From Planctomycetota bacterium (GTDB lineage Bacteria; Planctomycetota; UBA8742; UBA2392), in the NCBI GenBank assembly GCA_025993795.1, contig JAMQHL010000047.1, positions 6,529 to 70,528 of the forward strand: a DNA stretch of 64,000 nucleotides. The letters are read 5' to 3'. Position 1 is the stretch's first letter, and every line of letters begins with the position of its first letter. Positions 1 through 9,280 of this stretch are shown piece by piece. A program made the position numbers and the translations under genes. Below the pieces are notes generated by a model. That model did not search any database, had not been told where the DNA came from, and saw only the letters and a program-made list of their open reading frames with translations.

Positions 1-1018
1 CTTCGACGCGCTGCTTGCCGTAGTCGCCGTACTTCTTCTGTACCGCCTTCAGGCTCTTTTCGGCTTTGGCCATGTCGCCATCGCGGGCTTCTTTCACCGC
101 CGCCTGCACTTCTTCGTCGATGATGACCCGGCATTCTTCAATGCGTTCAAGGGACCGCTCGTAGGGCTCAACACGAACTTCAACGGCGGTGGCTGCCATG
201 TACCACTTCAATGCGTTCAGGTAGTCCTTGACTTCAAAAGCGGCTTCACCCTTCTTGAAGTTCGCCTCAATTTCAGTCAGCAGCCCCGCGTCAGGGCCCT
301 TGTTGCCGCTGACCGGGTTGCCGCCGTACTGAGGCACGCCGTTGTCAGCCGCGAAGTCAATGAAGCGGCACGGGTAGTCGATCATGCCCTTCCAGATGCA
401 GAAGTGCAGGTGCATCGACTCATTGCTGCCCTGGCACAGCTTCTGGCCGGCCAGCACCTTGTCGCCGACTGCTACCAGCGCAGTGTTGCTGCCGTTGTGG
501 GCGTACACGCTGACTTCGCCATCGGCGTGTTCAACGTAGATGACGTTGGCGTTCTCGTTGCCCGGCGGCTGGTCGTCCACGACGTTGGTGACTTTGCCGT
601 CGCGCGCCGCCGCGATGTACTGGCCGCGGGTGATGTGAAAGTCCCATGCGTAATAGTTTTGCGCCTTCATGTGCGTCGCGCGCGGCGGTCCGATCTTGTT
701 GCCGTTCCAGCTCTGGTACACCTGGTGACCGGCGCCGGCGGGCCAGGGCAGGTAGTACTTGGCGGGCCACTGCAAGCCAACACCCTGTTTCTGCGCCCAC
801 GCCGCCAGACCGGGCCGGTCGGGCGTGCTGCCCGTTGAGACCAGCTTTTCGGTTTCGGCGTAGGCCGCTTGAAGTTCTTCTTCGGTGGGTTGCGGCGGCG
901 TCTTCTTTTGTGCACGAAGCTGCGGCTGCAAGGCACACAGGCCAGCGCCAACACCGACTGCCGCAAGCCACGCGCGGCGCGCCGGTTGAAAATCACCCGG
1001 ATGTTCTGCGGTTGGCAT
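1..1018 (-). CDS. M23 family metallopeptidase (LytM domain) with twin-arginine signal; C-terminus runs off window start
   Basis: Reverse-strand translation from ATG at 1016-1018 gives MPTAEHPGDFQPARRAWLAAVGVGAGLCALQP (RRxWL Tat-like signal). The sequence HMKAQNYYAWDFHITRGQYIAAARDGKV...VIYVEHADGEVSVYAHNGS...HLHF matches the M23 HxxxD...HxH zinc peptidase pattern. It is absent from the ORF track only because it is truncated by the window edge. Confidence 0.7.
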   Translation of the reverse strand, partial: MPTAEHPGDFQPARRAWLAAVGVGAGLCALQPQLRAQKKTPPQPTEEELQAAYAETEKLVSTGSTPDRPGLAAWAQKQGVGLQWPAKYYLPWPAGAGHQVYQSWNGNKIGPPRATHMKAQNYYAWDFHITRGQYIAAARDGKVTNVVDDQPPGNENANVIYVEHADGEVSVYAHNGSNTALVAVGDKVLAGQKLCQGSNESMHLHFCIWKGMIDYPCRFIDFAADNGVPQYGGNPVSGNKGPDAGLLTEIEANFKKGEAAFEVKDYLNALKWYMAATAVEVRVEPYERSLERIEECRVIIDEEVQAAVKEARDGDMAKAEKSLKAVQKKYGDYGKQRVE

Positions 1019-1105
1019 ATCTCGGTGCCCTTAGCCCAGGGCTGCGTGGAACTTCTCCCGAGCCACGCATTGCGTGCCTATTATACGAATGGGAACGGCA
1101 AAGGT

Positions 1106-1912
1106 TCACCCCGTCGGGTCAGGTTTCTGCGAATGAGTTTGTGCGGCGTCAGTCTCGTCGCCGGCGAGCATCAGGATTGTCGCGGCGGCTACACCAGCGG
1201 GCACGACAAACAGGTTCAGCACCGGCACCAGCATGCAGAGGCCTGCCATGGCGCCCATGCCCGTACAGGGGGCCAAATGGGCCTTGACCCAGCCGATGCG
1301 CTGTGACCACTTCAGTTCGCGAAGCGCCAGAGGCGTGTCCATCAGTTCCGCGCCCTGCAGCAAACCCGTGACAGGTACCGCTACCGCGGCGCCGACAAAG
1401 GTCACCATGGCAAAAATCGCCAGCGGCAACTCAATCAGCAATGCCGCCAGCAGCGACCTGAAAGCTGAGGGGATCGACGACACCATCCCCTTCATCAAGC
1501 TGCGCACCGTCGTCGGACCGCCCAGCGGCTTGCCGGTGTAGCGCAGATGCACTTGCTCGCAGATCGGGTCCATGAACAGCGGGCCAAACAGTTTCATCAC
1601 CGGCCCGAACAGGAAGTACGCCACGACCAGGCCCAGCACAAACGCCAGTACGCCACCCAGCCACGACAGCCAAGGGGCAAGATCCATGCTTGCGAGCCAA
1701 TCCACCAGCAGCGCCTGCGCCGTAAAGAAAGCTGCGATGGCCAACAGCAGCAGAATGAAGGCCGAAACCAGCACCGGCACCAGCGCGTATCTGAACACGC
1801 CGCCGCCCGGCATCACCAGTTTCAGGCCCGTGATGAATACCCGCATGCCGCCGACAAAGCCCCGCATGCCGGGTTGCAACGGGCCTCGAATTGGCAAGGG
1901 CAGCGGGATCAT
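1106..1912 (-). CDS. CysZ/EI24-family membrane protein
   Basis: Multi-TM ORF whose C-terminal region LVPVLNLFVVPAGVAAATILM resembles E. coli CysZ ([20 protein letters not shown]). Start chosen at the internal ATG (MIPLPLP) that gives a 4-nt overlap with the upstream cyclase stop; the ORF track extends to 1960. Confidence 0.55.
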   Translation of the reverse strand: MIPLPLPIRGPLQPGMRGFVGGMRVFITGLKLVMPGGGVFRYALVPVLVSAFILLLLAIAAFFTAQALLVDWLASMDLAPWLSWLGGVLAFVLGLVVAYFLFGPVMKLFGPLFMDPICEQVHLRYTGKPLGGPTTVRSLMKGMVSSIPSAFRSLLAALLIELPLAIFAMVTFVGAAVAVPVTGLLQGAELMDTPLALRELKWSQRIGWVKAHLAPCTGMGAMAGLCMLVPVLNLFVVPAGVAAATILMLAGDETDAAQTHSQKPDPTG

Positions 1913-2820
1913 TGGCCGGCTGGATTCGTGCGAACAGTGTGCGCGTGCACCAGGTCCCACTCGGGCGGTGGGGGATGTTTGCGGTAAAGCTGGCAGCGCC
2001 GCAAGTAAAGGCGCGAGGGCCCGTCATCGCCTGAAATTGAGTCCGCGTCTTTGAAGCGCTTCTCGGCGCGGTCCCAGTCGCGCTGCCGAAACGAGAGGAG
2101 GCCGCGGCTGAACACCTCGGCCAACATCTTGACGTGTTCGGGCACTTCGCCGTAGGCGCCCATCAGCTCGAAAATGGCGGTGGTGCGGTCGGCGCCCTGA
2201 ATTTTGATCACGTCAAGCTCGCGCGTGAGCAGCTTTTCCTTGACGGCTGTGTTGGTTTCGCGCGAGATGATGATTGGTGCGCGGTAAAGCCGCGACGCCT
2301 GCTGCAACTGGACCGCAAGGCTTACGCCCTCGCCGATGGCGGTGTACATCGCGCGCTCTTCGGTGCCGATGTTGCCGACGATGGCTGGGCCGCTGACGAC
2401 GCCAATTGACTGGCCGATGAGCCCGAAGCCCTGCAAGTGCCACTCGGCCGCAAGCTTGTATGTCTCGCGCAGGCAGGCCAGTGCTGCGTTGCAGCAATGC
2501 AGCGGGTGCAGGTCGTCTTCGATCGGGGCGCCAAAGATCGAGAAGATCGCGTCGCCGAAGAACTTGTCAACGAAGCCACGGTTGCCGCGTATAATGGTTG
2601 TCATGCGCGAGAAGTAATCGCACAGCAGGTCAATCACAGCCTGCGGCGAGGCATAGCTGGTGACCTCGGTGAAGCCCCAGATGTCGAGATACACCAGCGA
2701 CACGTTGCGGCGCGACGCACCGAGCTTCAGGACGTCAGGGTTCTTCTCGGCGACTTCAACAAGCGCCTTGCCGGCATAGCGTTCAAGCTGCGCCCGGGAG
2801 ATTTTGCGACCGAATGCCAT
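1909..2820 (-). CDS. class III adenylate/guanylate cyclase (stand-alone CHD domain)
   Basis: Motifs VSLVYLDIWGFTEVTS and FFGDAIFSIFGAP are typical of the class III cyclase catalytic domain. Start taken at ATG 2818-2820 (MAFGRK); the ORF track extends to 2874. Confidence 0.7.
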   Translation of the reverse strand: MAFGRKISRAQLERYAGKALVEVAEKNPDVLKLGASRRNVSLVYLDIWGFTEVTSYASPQAVIDLLCDYFSRMTTIIRGNRGFVDKFFGDAIFSIFGAPIEDDLHPLHCCNAALACLRETYKLAAEWHLQGFGLIGQSIGVVSGPAIVGNIGTEERAMYTAIGEGVSLAVQLQQASRLYRAPIIISRETNTAVKEKLLTRELDVIKIQGADRTTAIFELMGAYGEVPEHVKMLAEVFSRGLLSFRQRDWDRAEKRFKDADSISGDDGPSRLYLRRCQLYRKHPPPPEWDLVHAHTVRTNPAGQ

Positions 2821-2918
2821 GGGGCGCAGAAGGTAGCAACAAACGCCCAAGCGGAAAGGGCCAGGGACCGCCATTCAGCGGGCTCGACTCCGGCGCCAGG
2901 GTGAAAGCCGCCATAATT

Positions 2919-2947
2919 TTGACAGAGTCAGCGCTGAGTGGTATGAC
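2919..2947 (+). promoter_or_regulatory. sigma-70-like promoter candidate (TTGACA-N17-TATGAC)
   Basis: Perfect -35 hexamer TTGACA at 2919-2924, a 17-nt spacer, then TATGAC at 2942-2947 (followed by tataccatgaca). It lies in the intergenic region and points toward the 2990 small ORF and the GDSL gene. Confidence 0.3.
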
Positions 2948-2989
2948 TATACCATGACATTGCAGTGATGCCCGCGTAACGGTGCACCA

Positions 2990-3181
2990 ATGACCGATGA
3001 GCCAGATCTCCGCCTGCAAGAGCGCGCATTCCCTGGCCAACCGCAAGGCTGGGGCGAGTTTCCGCCGGGCAAACCTTCCCGTCCGCTGCCCATCCAGTCC
3101 GTGGATGCTGGCGCCCCCATCATCACGCTGCGATTCCGGTGGCTGGGAGGAGACGGGGAGTACACAGAAAGCAGCGCATGA
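2990..3181 (+). CDS. small hypothetical ORF (63 aa), speculative
   Basis: ATG ORF downstream of the promoter candidate with no recognisable domain and no clear SD. Kept only as a candidate. Confidence 0.15.
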   Translation: MTDEPDLRLQERAFPGQPQGWGEFPPGKPSRPLPIQSVDAGAPIITLRFRWLGGDGEYTESSA

Positions 3182-3231
3182 ATCGTTCCGACTTGTAAGA
3201 CTTCGTTGCTTCTGTGGCGTATAATAGCGTT

Positions 3232-4362
3232 ATGAAGGCTGCCTTCAAACTTGTCCTGCTTGTGGCGCTGGTTCTGTTGCTCGTTCCTGTCGTTGGCCGT
3301 ACGTGGCACTCGCCGGACCTGTGGCTCAATTGGGCGGCGCTTGCTGTCAGCCTTCTTGGCGCGGTCGCTGCCGGGCTCAGCCTGCGCAAGCCCTCTGGCA
3401 AGCCGCGCTGGTTCCACTTGCGACCTGTGATCGTGGCTGTGTGCAGCCTGTTTGTCGGATTGTTCTACTTTGCGATGCGGGTGCCCGCGCCCATGGGCGA
3501 GGGGCCAGCCGGCCCTCCCGTCGACAGGCAAGCCTTCGCCGGCACATGGAGCGAGAAACCAGTGCTGCTGCTGAGCCTTGGCGACAGTGTCAGCACCGGC
3601 TACGGCGCGCCCAACGGCATGGGATATGTCGACCTTCTGCAACGCAACCTCGATGACGCCTACCCCGACATGGCCGGCTGTGAGCTGCGCAAAGTGCTGC
3701 CCAACCTGAAAGAGCGCAGGCTCGCCGCCAACAGTACGAACAGCCTGCAACACGTCCGCGACATCCAGAACCTTCCGGTGTACGGCGACGACGTGGTCGG
3801 CATCGTCTGCATCACGACGGGCGGGATCGACCTGATCCACAACTACGGCAAAGCCAAGCCCCGCGAGGGCGCCATGTACGGCGCGGACTGGGCGACAGCC
3901 GAGCCGTGGATCGCCAACTTCAGTGCGCGGCTTGACGAGATGATGCTGGCGCTGAAGCAGAAGTTTCCGGGCGGGTGCGTTGTGCTGCTGGCAACGATTT
4001 ACGACCCGACTGACGGGGTTGGCGACATCGAGAACGCCGGGCCGTTATTCTGGTTGCCGGCGTGGGCAGACGGCTACCCCGTGCACACGGCGTTCAACGA
4101 CGCGATCAAGGCCTGCGCCGCCCGGCACGACCACGTGAGCGTCGCCGACATCCACGCCGCGATGATGGGCCATGGCATTCACTGCCGCGACGAAGACAAC
4201 CCGCATTACGACGCGCGCGACCCGTCGTACTGGTACTGGGTCAACCTCGAGGACCCGAACCGGCGCGGCTACGACGCCATCCGCCGCGTGTTCCTGAATG
4301 CGATTATTCGTGCCCTGCTCAGCCATCGGGCCTTTGACGTTCCTGCCCCGGCTGGGCCATAA
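3232..4362 (+). CDS. membrane-anchored SGNH/GDSL-family hydrolase
   Basis: Two N-terminal TM helices followed by block I LLLSLGDSVSTGYGAP (GDS(L) motif with catalytic Ser). The C-terminal region carries a DxxH-like segment (HCRDEDNPHYDARD). Start taken at ATG 3232 (MKAAFKL), preceded by TATAAT at 3219-3224; the ORF track starts at GTG 3214. Confidence 0.65.
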   Translation: MKAAFKLVLLVALVLLLVPVVGRTWHSPDLWLNWAALAVSLLGAVAAGLSLRKPSGKPRWFHLRPVIVAVCSLFVGLFYFAMRVPAPMGEGPAGPPVDRQAFAGTWSEKPVLLLSLGDSVSTGYGAPNGMGYVDLLQRNLDDAYPDMAGCELRKVLPNLKERRLAANSTNSLQHVRDIQNLPVYGDDVVGIVCITTGGIDLIHNYGKAKPREGAMYGADWATAEPWIANFSARLDEMMLALKQKFPGGCVVLLATIYDPTDGVGDIENAGPLFWLPAWADGYPVHTAFNDAIKACAARHDHVSVADIHAAMMGHGIHCRDEDNPHYDARDPSYWYWVNLEDPNRRGYDAIRRVFLNAIIRALLSHRAFDVPAPAGP

Positions 4363-4369
4363 TCGGCGC

Positions 4370-5059
4370 ATGGATGGTGACCCCAACTTTCGCCTGAAAG
4401 CGTTTGCCGTACTCACCTGTGTGCTGGGCGTGTTCCTGGTTGTGTTTGTCGCCCAGCGCGCGTGGTTCTGGGTAAAATCAAAGCGCCGCGAAGACGTTGA
4501 AACCAGCACGCTGGCCCCGATCATTGACTTCGGCCTGTTGGGCATCGGCTGCATCGTCATCTGGCTGGCCATTGAGGCGCTGGTGCTGGCGGTGATTACA
4601 GCCGAACTGCCCACGCAGCCCGCAGTGCGGCGCAAGATTGCCGAGATTGAAATCGGCAAACTTGATGAACAGACCGACCAGTTGAACCTGTTGTTCTATC
4701 CAGTGGACCCGGCGGGCCGACGCCTGGCCGAACAGCGGCGGCCCGTGCTGACGTCGGGCAATCACTTTGAGCTTCAGGTAGAAACGCTGCAATGGCGCTG
4801 GGCCTGGGACTGGCTTGGCGAGGGCGGGTTCTACCAGTTCATCAGCCTTGCCGGGTATGGCACGCGAACGGCCTCGGCACCGCAACGCACAGAGCTCGAA
4901 ACGCGCGAAGTGCCACGCACCGTCGGCGCAACGCTGTTTCTGCGCGCGCCGCAGCACTGGGAAGTACGCCAGAGGTGCAAGGAAGGCGAGATCTACGACA
5001 TCTTCCTTGACCCGGCACAGAAGGCGCTGGTCGTCGAACTTCACAGCAACGAACGGTGA
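4370..5059 (+). CDS. hypothetical membrane protein (2 TM)
   Basis: ORF with hydrophobic helices (FAVLTCVLGVFLVVFVAQ; GLLGIGCIVIWLAIEALVLAVI) and no recognisable domain. Start at ATG 4370 (MDGDPNF), just after the GDSL stop at 4362. Confidence 0.4.
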   Translation: MDGDPNFRLKAFAVLTCVLGVFLVVFVAQRAWFWVKSKRREDVETSTLAPIIDFGLLGIGCIVIWLAIEALVLAVITAELPTQPAVRRKIAEIEIGKLDEQTDQLNLLFYPVDPAGRRLAEQRRPVLTSGNHFELQVETLQWRWAWDWLGEGGFYQFISLAGYGTRTASAPQRTELETREVPRTVGATLFLRAPQHWEVRQRCKEGEIYDIFLDPAQKALVVELHSNER

Positions 5060-5063
5060 TTGG

Positions 5064-6944
5064 CTAGCCCGGCGGACCGGCCATCGGCGGACCGGGAGGC
5101 ATCTGGTCGGGCAGCGGCTGTGTGACCTGCTGCAGCACCTGCTCAAGGGCGGCCTGCGTCACTTGCGGGGGTATGGCCTCGTGGCGCTGCTCGGCGTTGG
5201 CAGTGGCCTGCGCAACCAGCTTCATTACTTTGCGATGGCTTACGATGTTCAAGCCTAGCAGGCCCAGCCCCAGCGCCGCCGTCACGCCGGTGAATGTCCA
5301 CCAGCGCATGTTCAAGCGCTTTGCGCGAATCTCGTACTGCTTGGCCCGGTCGGGGTCTACCAGCGCGATGCGCCCCGCAGTCTTGCCGTGGTCGATCGAA
5401 GTCATGCATGCATGGATCGGGCTGAACTGGGCAAACTTCTGGTCTTCTATCGCGCCATTGCCACTGAACTGCTCGCCGATCCAGGGCACTGCAAGCCACA
5501 CCACGAGGACCAGCGCACCCAGCACGCCCGATAGAGATTTTGAAAGCCCGCTCAAGGAAATGCGCCATGTGACCTGGCTGGTGACCAGCACGGTCAGCCC
5601 GATCGCGACCAGCATCAGCAGGAACCCGCTGTACTCGTGGCCATAAAACGTGACTACGTCGCGCTTGGCGCTCTCGATGGTGCCGCCCGCCAGGCGCGTC
5701 ATGGCTGTGCCCGCCCCCGAGCCTGACCGCGTAGCTTCCGCCATCTGCGAGTAGTCGGCTGCCACCATTGACACGTCGTCAAGGCGCGACTCAAGCTGCA
5801 CGAACGTCAGCCAGCCCGCCACCGCAAGCAGCAGCATGCCCACGCCTACCAGCATCGCGGTGTGCAATGCCCCGCGCGCACCGCCGGGAAAGAACATTCC
5901 AGCGCCACCCTTGACCAGCCCCTGCGGCAGCTTAGACATCTCGCGGCGCACGCGGCGACTGGCGACAGGCGCCTCTGCGGGCGCGCTGAGTGCCGGCACC
6001 AGCAGCAACGCACCAAGGTACACGGCAGCCAGAATCAGCGTAGAAAACGCCGCGTCGTGCGACGGCAGGCGCGACATCATGAAGTAGGCGCCGATCTGCA
6101 CTGGCACGACAATCGCCACAGCGGTCCAGAACAGGCGCAGTCCGGTGCTCTTGTTGTGTGACGTGGGCTTGAGCCGGTTGGTCGTCGAGAGAAACAGAAA
6201 GGTGCAGTAGATCGCGCACGAAACCGTCAGCGTGGTGACGTAATAAATGCCCTCGTTCAGCGTCGGGTCGGTCAGGAAAGCAACCAATGGAAATGTCGCA
6301 GCGGCAAAAGCGCGCGCGACCATCAGGATGATGAATACGGTCAGCAGGATCATCCCGAAGAAGAACGCAAACAGATAGGTCACCAGCACAGCCGGAATGC
6401 TCTTGGTGACAAGACTGGATGCAAAGACGCCCAGAAAGCTGATCAGCAGGCTCAGCAGCACCAGCATCCACAGGATGGCAAAGAACACCTCAGGCTTGAT
6501 GCCGCCGAACAGGTTGGCCATGGCGAACAGCGGCACGGTTGCAATCAGGAAGATGCTGGCCTGGATGCCGGCGGCAAAAAACTTGCCCAGCGCGATTTCC
6601 CACGGCGCCAGCGGCGTGAGCAGCAACAGGTCAAAACTCTTGCGTTCATGTTCCGACGCGATTGCGGTACTCGAGAACGCGGGAAAAACCAGCATCACCA
6701 CGATGACCAGCACGACCGCCAGCGTCGTGAACAAGCCGCTGCCGATCGATGTCGGGTCTTCGTACAGGCCGGCCGAGTCAGACGCAACGAACAGCCAGAT
6801 CGAGAAGATCGCGCCCTGTACCAACAGATACGCCGTGAGAATGATGACCAGTTTCCAGCTGCGGCAGGCAACGCGCAGTTCACGCACCGCCAGCGGGTTC
6901 ATGAACAGGCGCTTGAGAATGCCCGGTGTTTCGGTTTCTGCCAC
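5064..6944 (-). CDS. ABC-2 type permease, large double-module (≈12 TM)
   Basis: 626-aa polytopic protein. The N-terminus (NPLAVRELRVACRSWKLVIILTAYLL) is typical of GldF/ABC-2 permeases. GTG start at 6944 overlaps the upstream stop by 1 nt, and it is the last gene of the ABC operon. Confidence 0.55.
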   Translation of the reverse strand: MAETETPGILKRLFMNPLAVRELRVACRSWKLVIILTAYLLVQGAIFSIWLFVASDSAGLYEDPTSIGSGLFTTLAVVLVIVVMLVFPAFSSTAIASEHERKSFDLLLLTPLAPWEIALGKFFAAGIQASIFLIATVPLFAMANLFGGIKPEVFFAILWMLVLLSLLISFLGVFASSLVTKSIPAVLVTYLFAFFFGMILLTVFIILMVARAFAAATFPLVAFLTDPTLNEGIYYVTTLTVSCAIYCTFLFLSTTNRLKPTSHNKSTGLRLFWTAVAIVVPVQIGAYFMMSRLPSHDAAFSTLILAAVYLGALLLVPALSAPAEAPVASRRVRREMSKLPQGLVKGGAGMFFPGGARGALHTAMLVGVGMLLLAVAGWLTFVQLESRLDDVSMVAADYSQMAEATRSGSGAGTAMTRLAGGTIESAKRDVVTFYGHEYSGFLLMLVAIGLTVLVTSQVTWRISLSGLSKSLSGVLGALVLVVWLAVPWIGEQFSGNGAIEDQKFAQFSPIHACMTSIDHGKTAGRIALVDPDRAKQYEIRAKRLNMRWWTFTGVTAALGLGLLGLNIVSHRKVMKLVAQATANAEQRHEAIPPQVTQAALEQVLQQVTQPLPDQMPPGPPMAGPPG

Positions 6945-9280
6945 TACTCGATCCGCTTGAGAATGTGAAACCCGAACTTGGACTCGCAGTAACCAACTTC
7001 GCCGACCTTCAGTTCTGATGCAAGACGCGTGAAAGGCTTGACGAACTTCGGTGACTCGTCGACATCGTAGGTGTTGTCGGGGACGCTGTCTTCATTGTGT
7101 TTGCGCTGCAACTCAATGAAGTCGGCAGTCGCGGCTTCGACAATGATCCGCTGCATCAGGTCAAGGGCCTGGGCCTTGCTGCGACCGGCTTCCTTCGGCT
7201 GTACGCCGCCGACGTTGCCTTCCCATGACACCAGGATCTGCCGGACTTTGGCCTTGAAAGCGCCAATCACGCGATAGTCCGCCGGGTTGATAAACAGCGC
7301 GTCGGCGCTGGCATCATCAACCCAGTGCAGCTTTTCTTCGGCCCCGGTGCGCTGCGACAGCACCGGCGTATAGCCGTGATCGGGCGTGCCGAAGCGCAAC
7401 GTAATGCGCTGTGAAGTTCCCTCGCGGCCAAGTGCCACGCTGATGCTGCGTTTCGCGTTGTCGCCGACGCCAAGCGCCTCGTGGTCAATGACTCCGTCAT
7501 GGCGCACGCCTGTCAGCGAACGCAGGCCGTTCTGCAACTGGTTCAGAGGCACCGAGTCTGCGGCAACGGGCGTTTCGCCGGCGATCTTCCACCCATCGGC
7601 CTTCTCTAGCTTCAGTGTTGATTCACCGTCGCGCACCGATATCTCCACGGGCTCGTCTGTGAACTTCATCGCGCCCGTGTTCTCGGGTTCCTGCAGGTCG
7701 CGCGGACTGAAGAACAGGTCCGCAAGGCGCGCCTGCGGCACCCAGAACACGCGGTCGGCTTCGCCTTCCTGCGTGCGCAGCACGGGCACGTCCTTGTCAA
7801 CCGCGACGCCGAAGTAAAGCCGCGCGGTCTTCAACGCCGGTGGCTTGGGGAGTACTGGTGTCTCGGGGTCTTCCGGCGTGTCAGGTTCATCGTCGCCATC
7901 GCTGGCGCGCGGCTTCCACTGGGCTTCAATCCATTGTTCGCTCAGGCCCGGCCCCAGCTTCAGCTCGTCGCGCTTGATCGCCTTGGCGTCATCGCCGTAG
8001 CCCTGGAGCGCGAGCAGTGTGGTCAACACATTCGAGACGGCGGCAAGGCTGGCTTTGCCGATGAAGGGCTCGTTGATCTGCCAGCGGTCGCTCGCGTCGC
8101 GCTCAATGCGGACGACCTTGCCTTGGTCGAAAAACAGCATCTGCGTCGGCTGAATACCGTCCGGGATCAGCACAAGGCGTGCTTTCTCAAGAAAGTCGCC
8201 GGTGGGCCGGAAGATGCGCGACAGTGCAGCATCACTGCACCAGTACACCAACTCGCCGCGATCGGTGGCTTTGAGCAGCGTCGCCACCTGGTTGTCCTCC
8301 CCGTTGCCGAAATAAAGGCGGCTGACGCTCTGCTTTTCGCCTTCGGTAAACTCGATGACGATTTCACGTTTGGCATCAATCACGCCAAGCGCGGCACCAT
8401 CGGTGTCAAGTTTGCCCGCGATGTCGCTGGCATTAAAGTTCATCAGCGCGTCCACGATCGCCCGCACGTTGGCGCCGTTGGCCTTGGATTTGCGCGGGCT
8501 GGTCATTTCCCATTCCTCGCGCGTCGCGTCGCTTCCGGCCACGCGACTGAACAGCACAACGCGGTCACCGTCGCGCAGCGAGATGCGCTGCGCAACGGAT
8601 TCAAAGGGCAGCGGCTGAAACGAAGAAAGGTCAAGCCAGCGCTTGGTGTTGGGTTCGCCTTCGGGCGTCAGGTGCAGGCGTGAGTACAAGGAATCAAAGT
8701 CGCCACTCATGTCGGACACTTCAAAGATGCCGCCGGGCGCGCCGTCACCAACGAAGCGCACAAACGCGCGGTTGCCGGTTTCGGCTTTGCCGACCATCAG
8801 GTGCAGCAGCTCTTTGCCGCTTTCGCCCAGGATTCGCAGGTGCGCGGCACCCTCGTCTTCAAGGCGGTAGAGAATGTAGGACTCGGTTTGTGTGGATGCC
8901 GGCCGGTTCAGACGCTTGGCGTCCATCAGCTTGGTCAGCAGCGCATTGACTTCGCGCTCATCGGCGGGCGTGTTGAACTTGGCAGGCACGCGCCATTGTT
9001 CGCGCTCGTTGCGCAGCACAAGCTTGTTGCTGCCGCTTTTCCATATCTCGATTGCCCTGACATCTGCCTTCTTGAACGCCGGGGCTTCCGTGGTGCCTCC
9101 GACCAGCGGCAGCTCAATGACGGGCGCTTCGGGTTTGCTGCCCAGGCGTGTCAGTGCCACCAGGCCCGCGAGCACCAGGCACACGACTGTAATGATAATC
9201 AACTGCCGGTTGCGCTGCGAAGCAATCACTTCGTCAGGCGTGAAGCGCTGCTTGTCGTCGGTCTTTGCGGGCTCGCTCAT
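6944..9280 (-). CDS. DUF4340-like (GldG-associated) protein fused to C-terminal PpiC/parvulin peptidyl-prolyl isomerase domain
   Basis: N-terminal TM (LIIITVVCLVLAGLVALT) followed by a long periplasmic region in the position DUF4340 occupies after GldG in such operons. The last ~110 aa (KVRQILVSWEG...FIELQRKHNEDSVPDNTYDVDESPKFVKPFTRLASELKVGEVGYCESKFGFHILKRIE) match the parvulin fold consensus (S.d..s...GG.lG.f..g.m...F..a.f.l..Gevs.pv.t.fGyHii). Confidence 0.6.
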   Translation of the reverse strand: MSEPAKTDDKQRFTPDEVIASQRNRQLIIITVVCLVLAGLVALTRLGSKPEAPVIELPLVGGTTEAPAFKKADVRAIEIWKSGSNKLVLRNEREQWRVPAKFNTPADEREVNALLTKLMDAKRLNRPASTQTESYILYRLEDEGAAHLRILGESGKELLHLMVGKAETGNRAFVRFVGDGAPGGIFEVSDMSGDFDSLYSRLHLTPEGEPNTKRWLDLSSFQPLPFESVAQRISLRDGDRVVLFSRVAGSDATREEWEMTSPRKSKANGANVRAIVDALMNFNASDIAGKLDTDGAALGVIDAKREIVIEFTEGEKQSVSRLYFGNGEDNQVATLLKATDRGELVYWCSDAALSRIFRPTGDFLEKARLVLIPDGIQPTQMLFFDQGKVVRIERDASDRWQINEPFIGKASLAAVSNVLTTLLALQGYGDDAKAIKRDELKLGPGLSEQWIEAQWKPRASDGDDEPDTPEDPETPVLPKPPALKTARLYFGVAVDKDVPVLRTQEGEADRVFWVPQARLADLFFSPRDLQEPENTGAMKFTDEPVEISVRDGESTLKLEKADGWKIAGETPVAADSVPLNQLQNGLRSLTGVRHDGVIDHEALGVGDNAKRSISVALGREGTSQRITLRFGTPDHGYTPVLSQRTGAEEKLHWVDDASADALFINPADYRVIGAFKAKVRQILVSWEGNVGGVQPKEAGRSKAQALDLMQRIIVEAATADFIELQRKHNEDSVPDNTYDVDESPKFVKPFTRLASELKVGEVGYCESKFGFHILKRIE

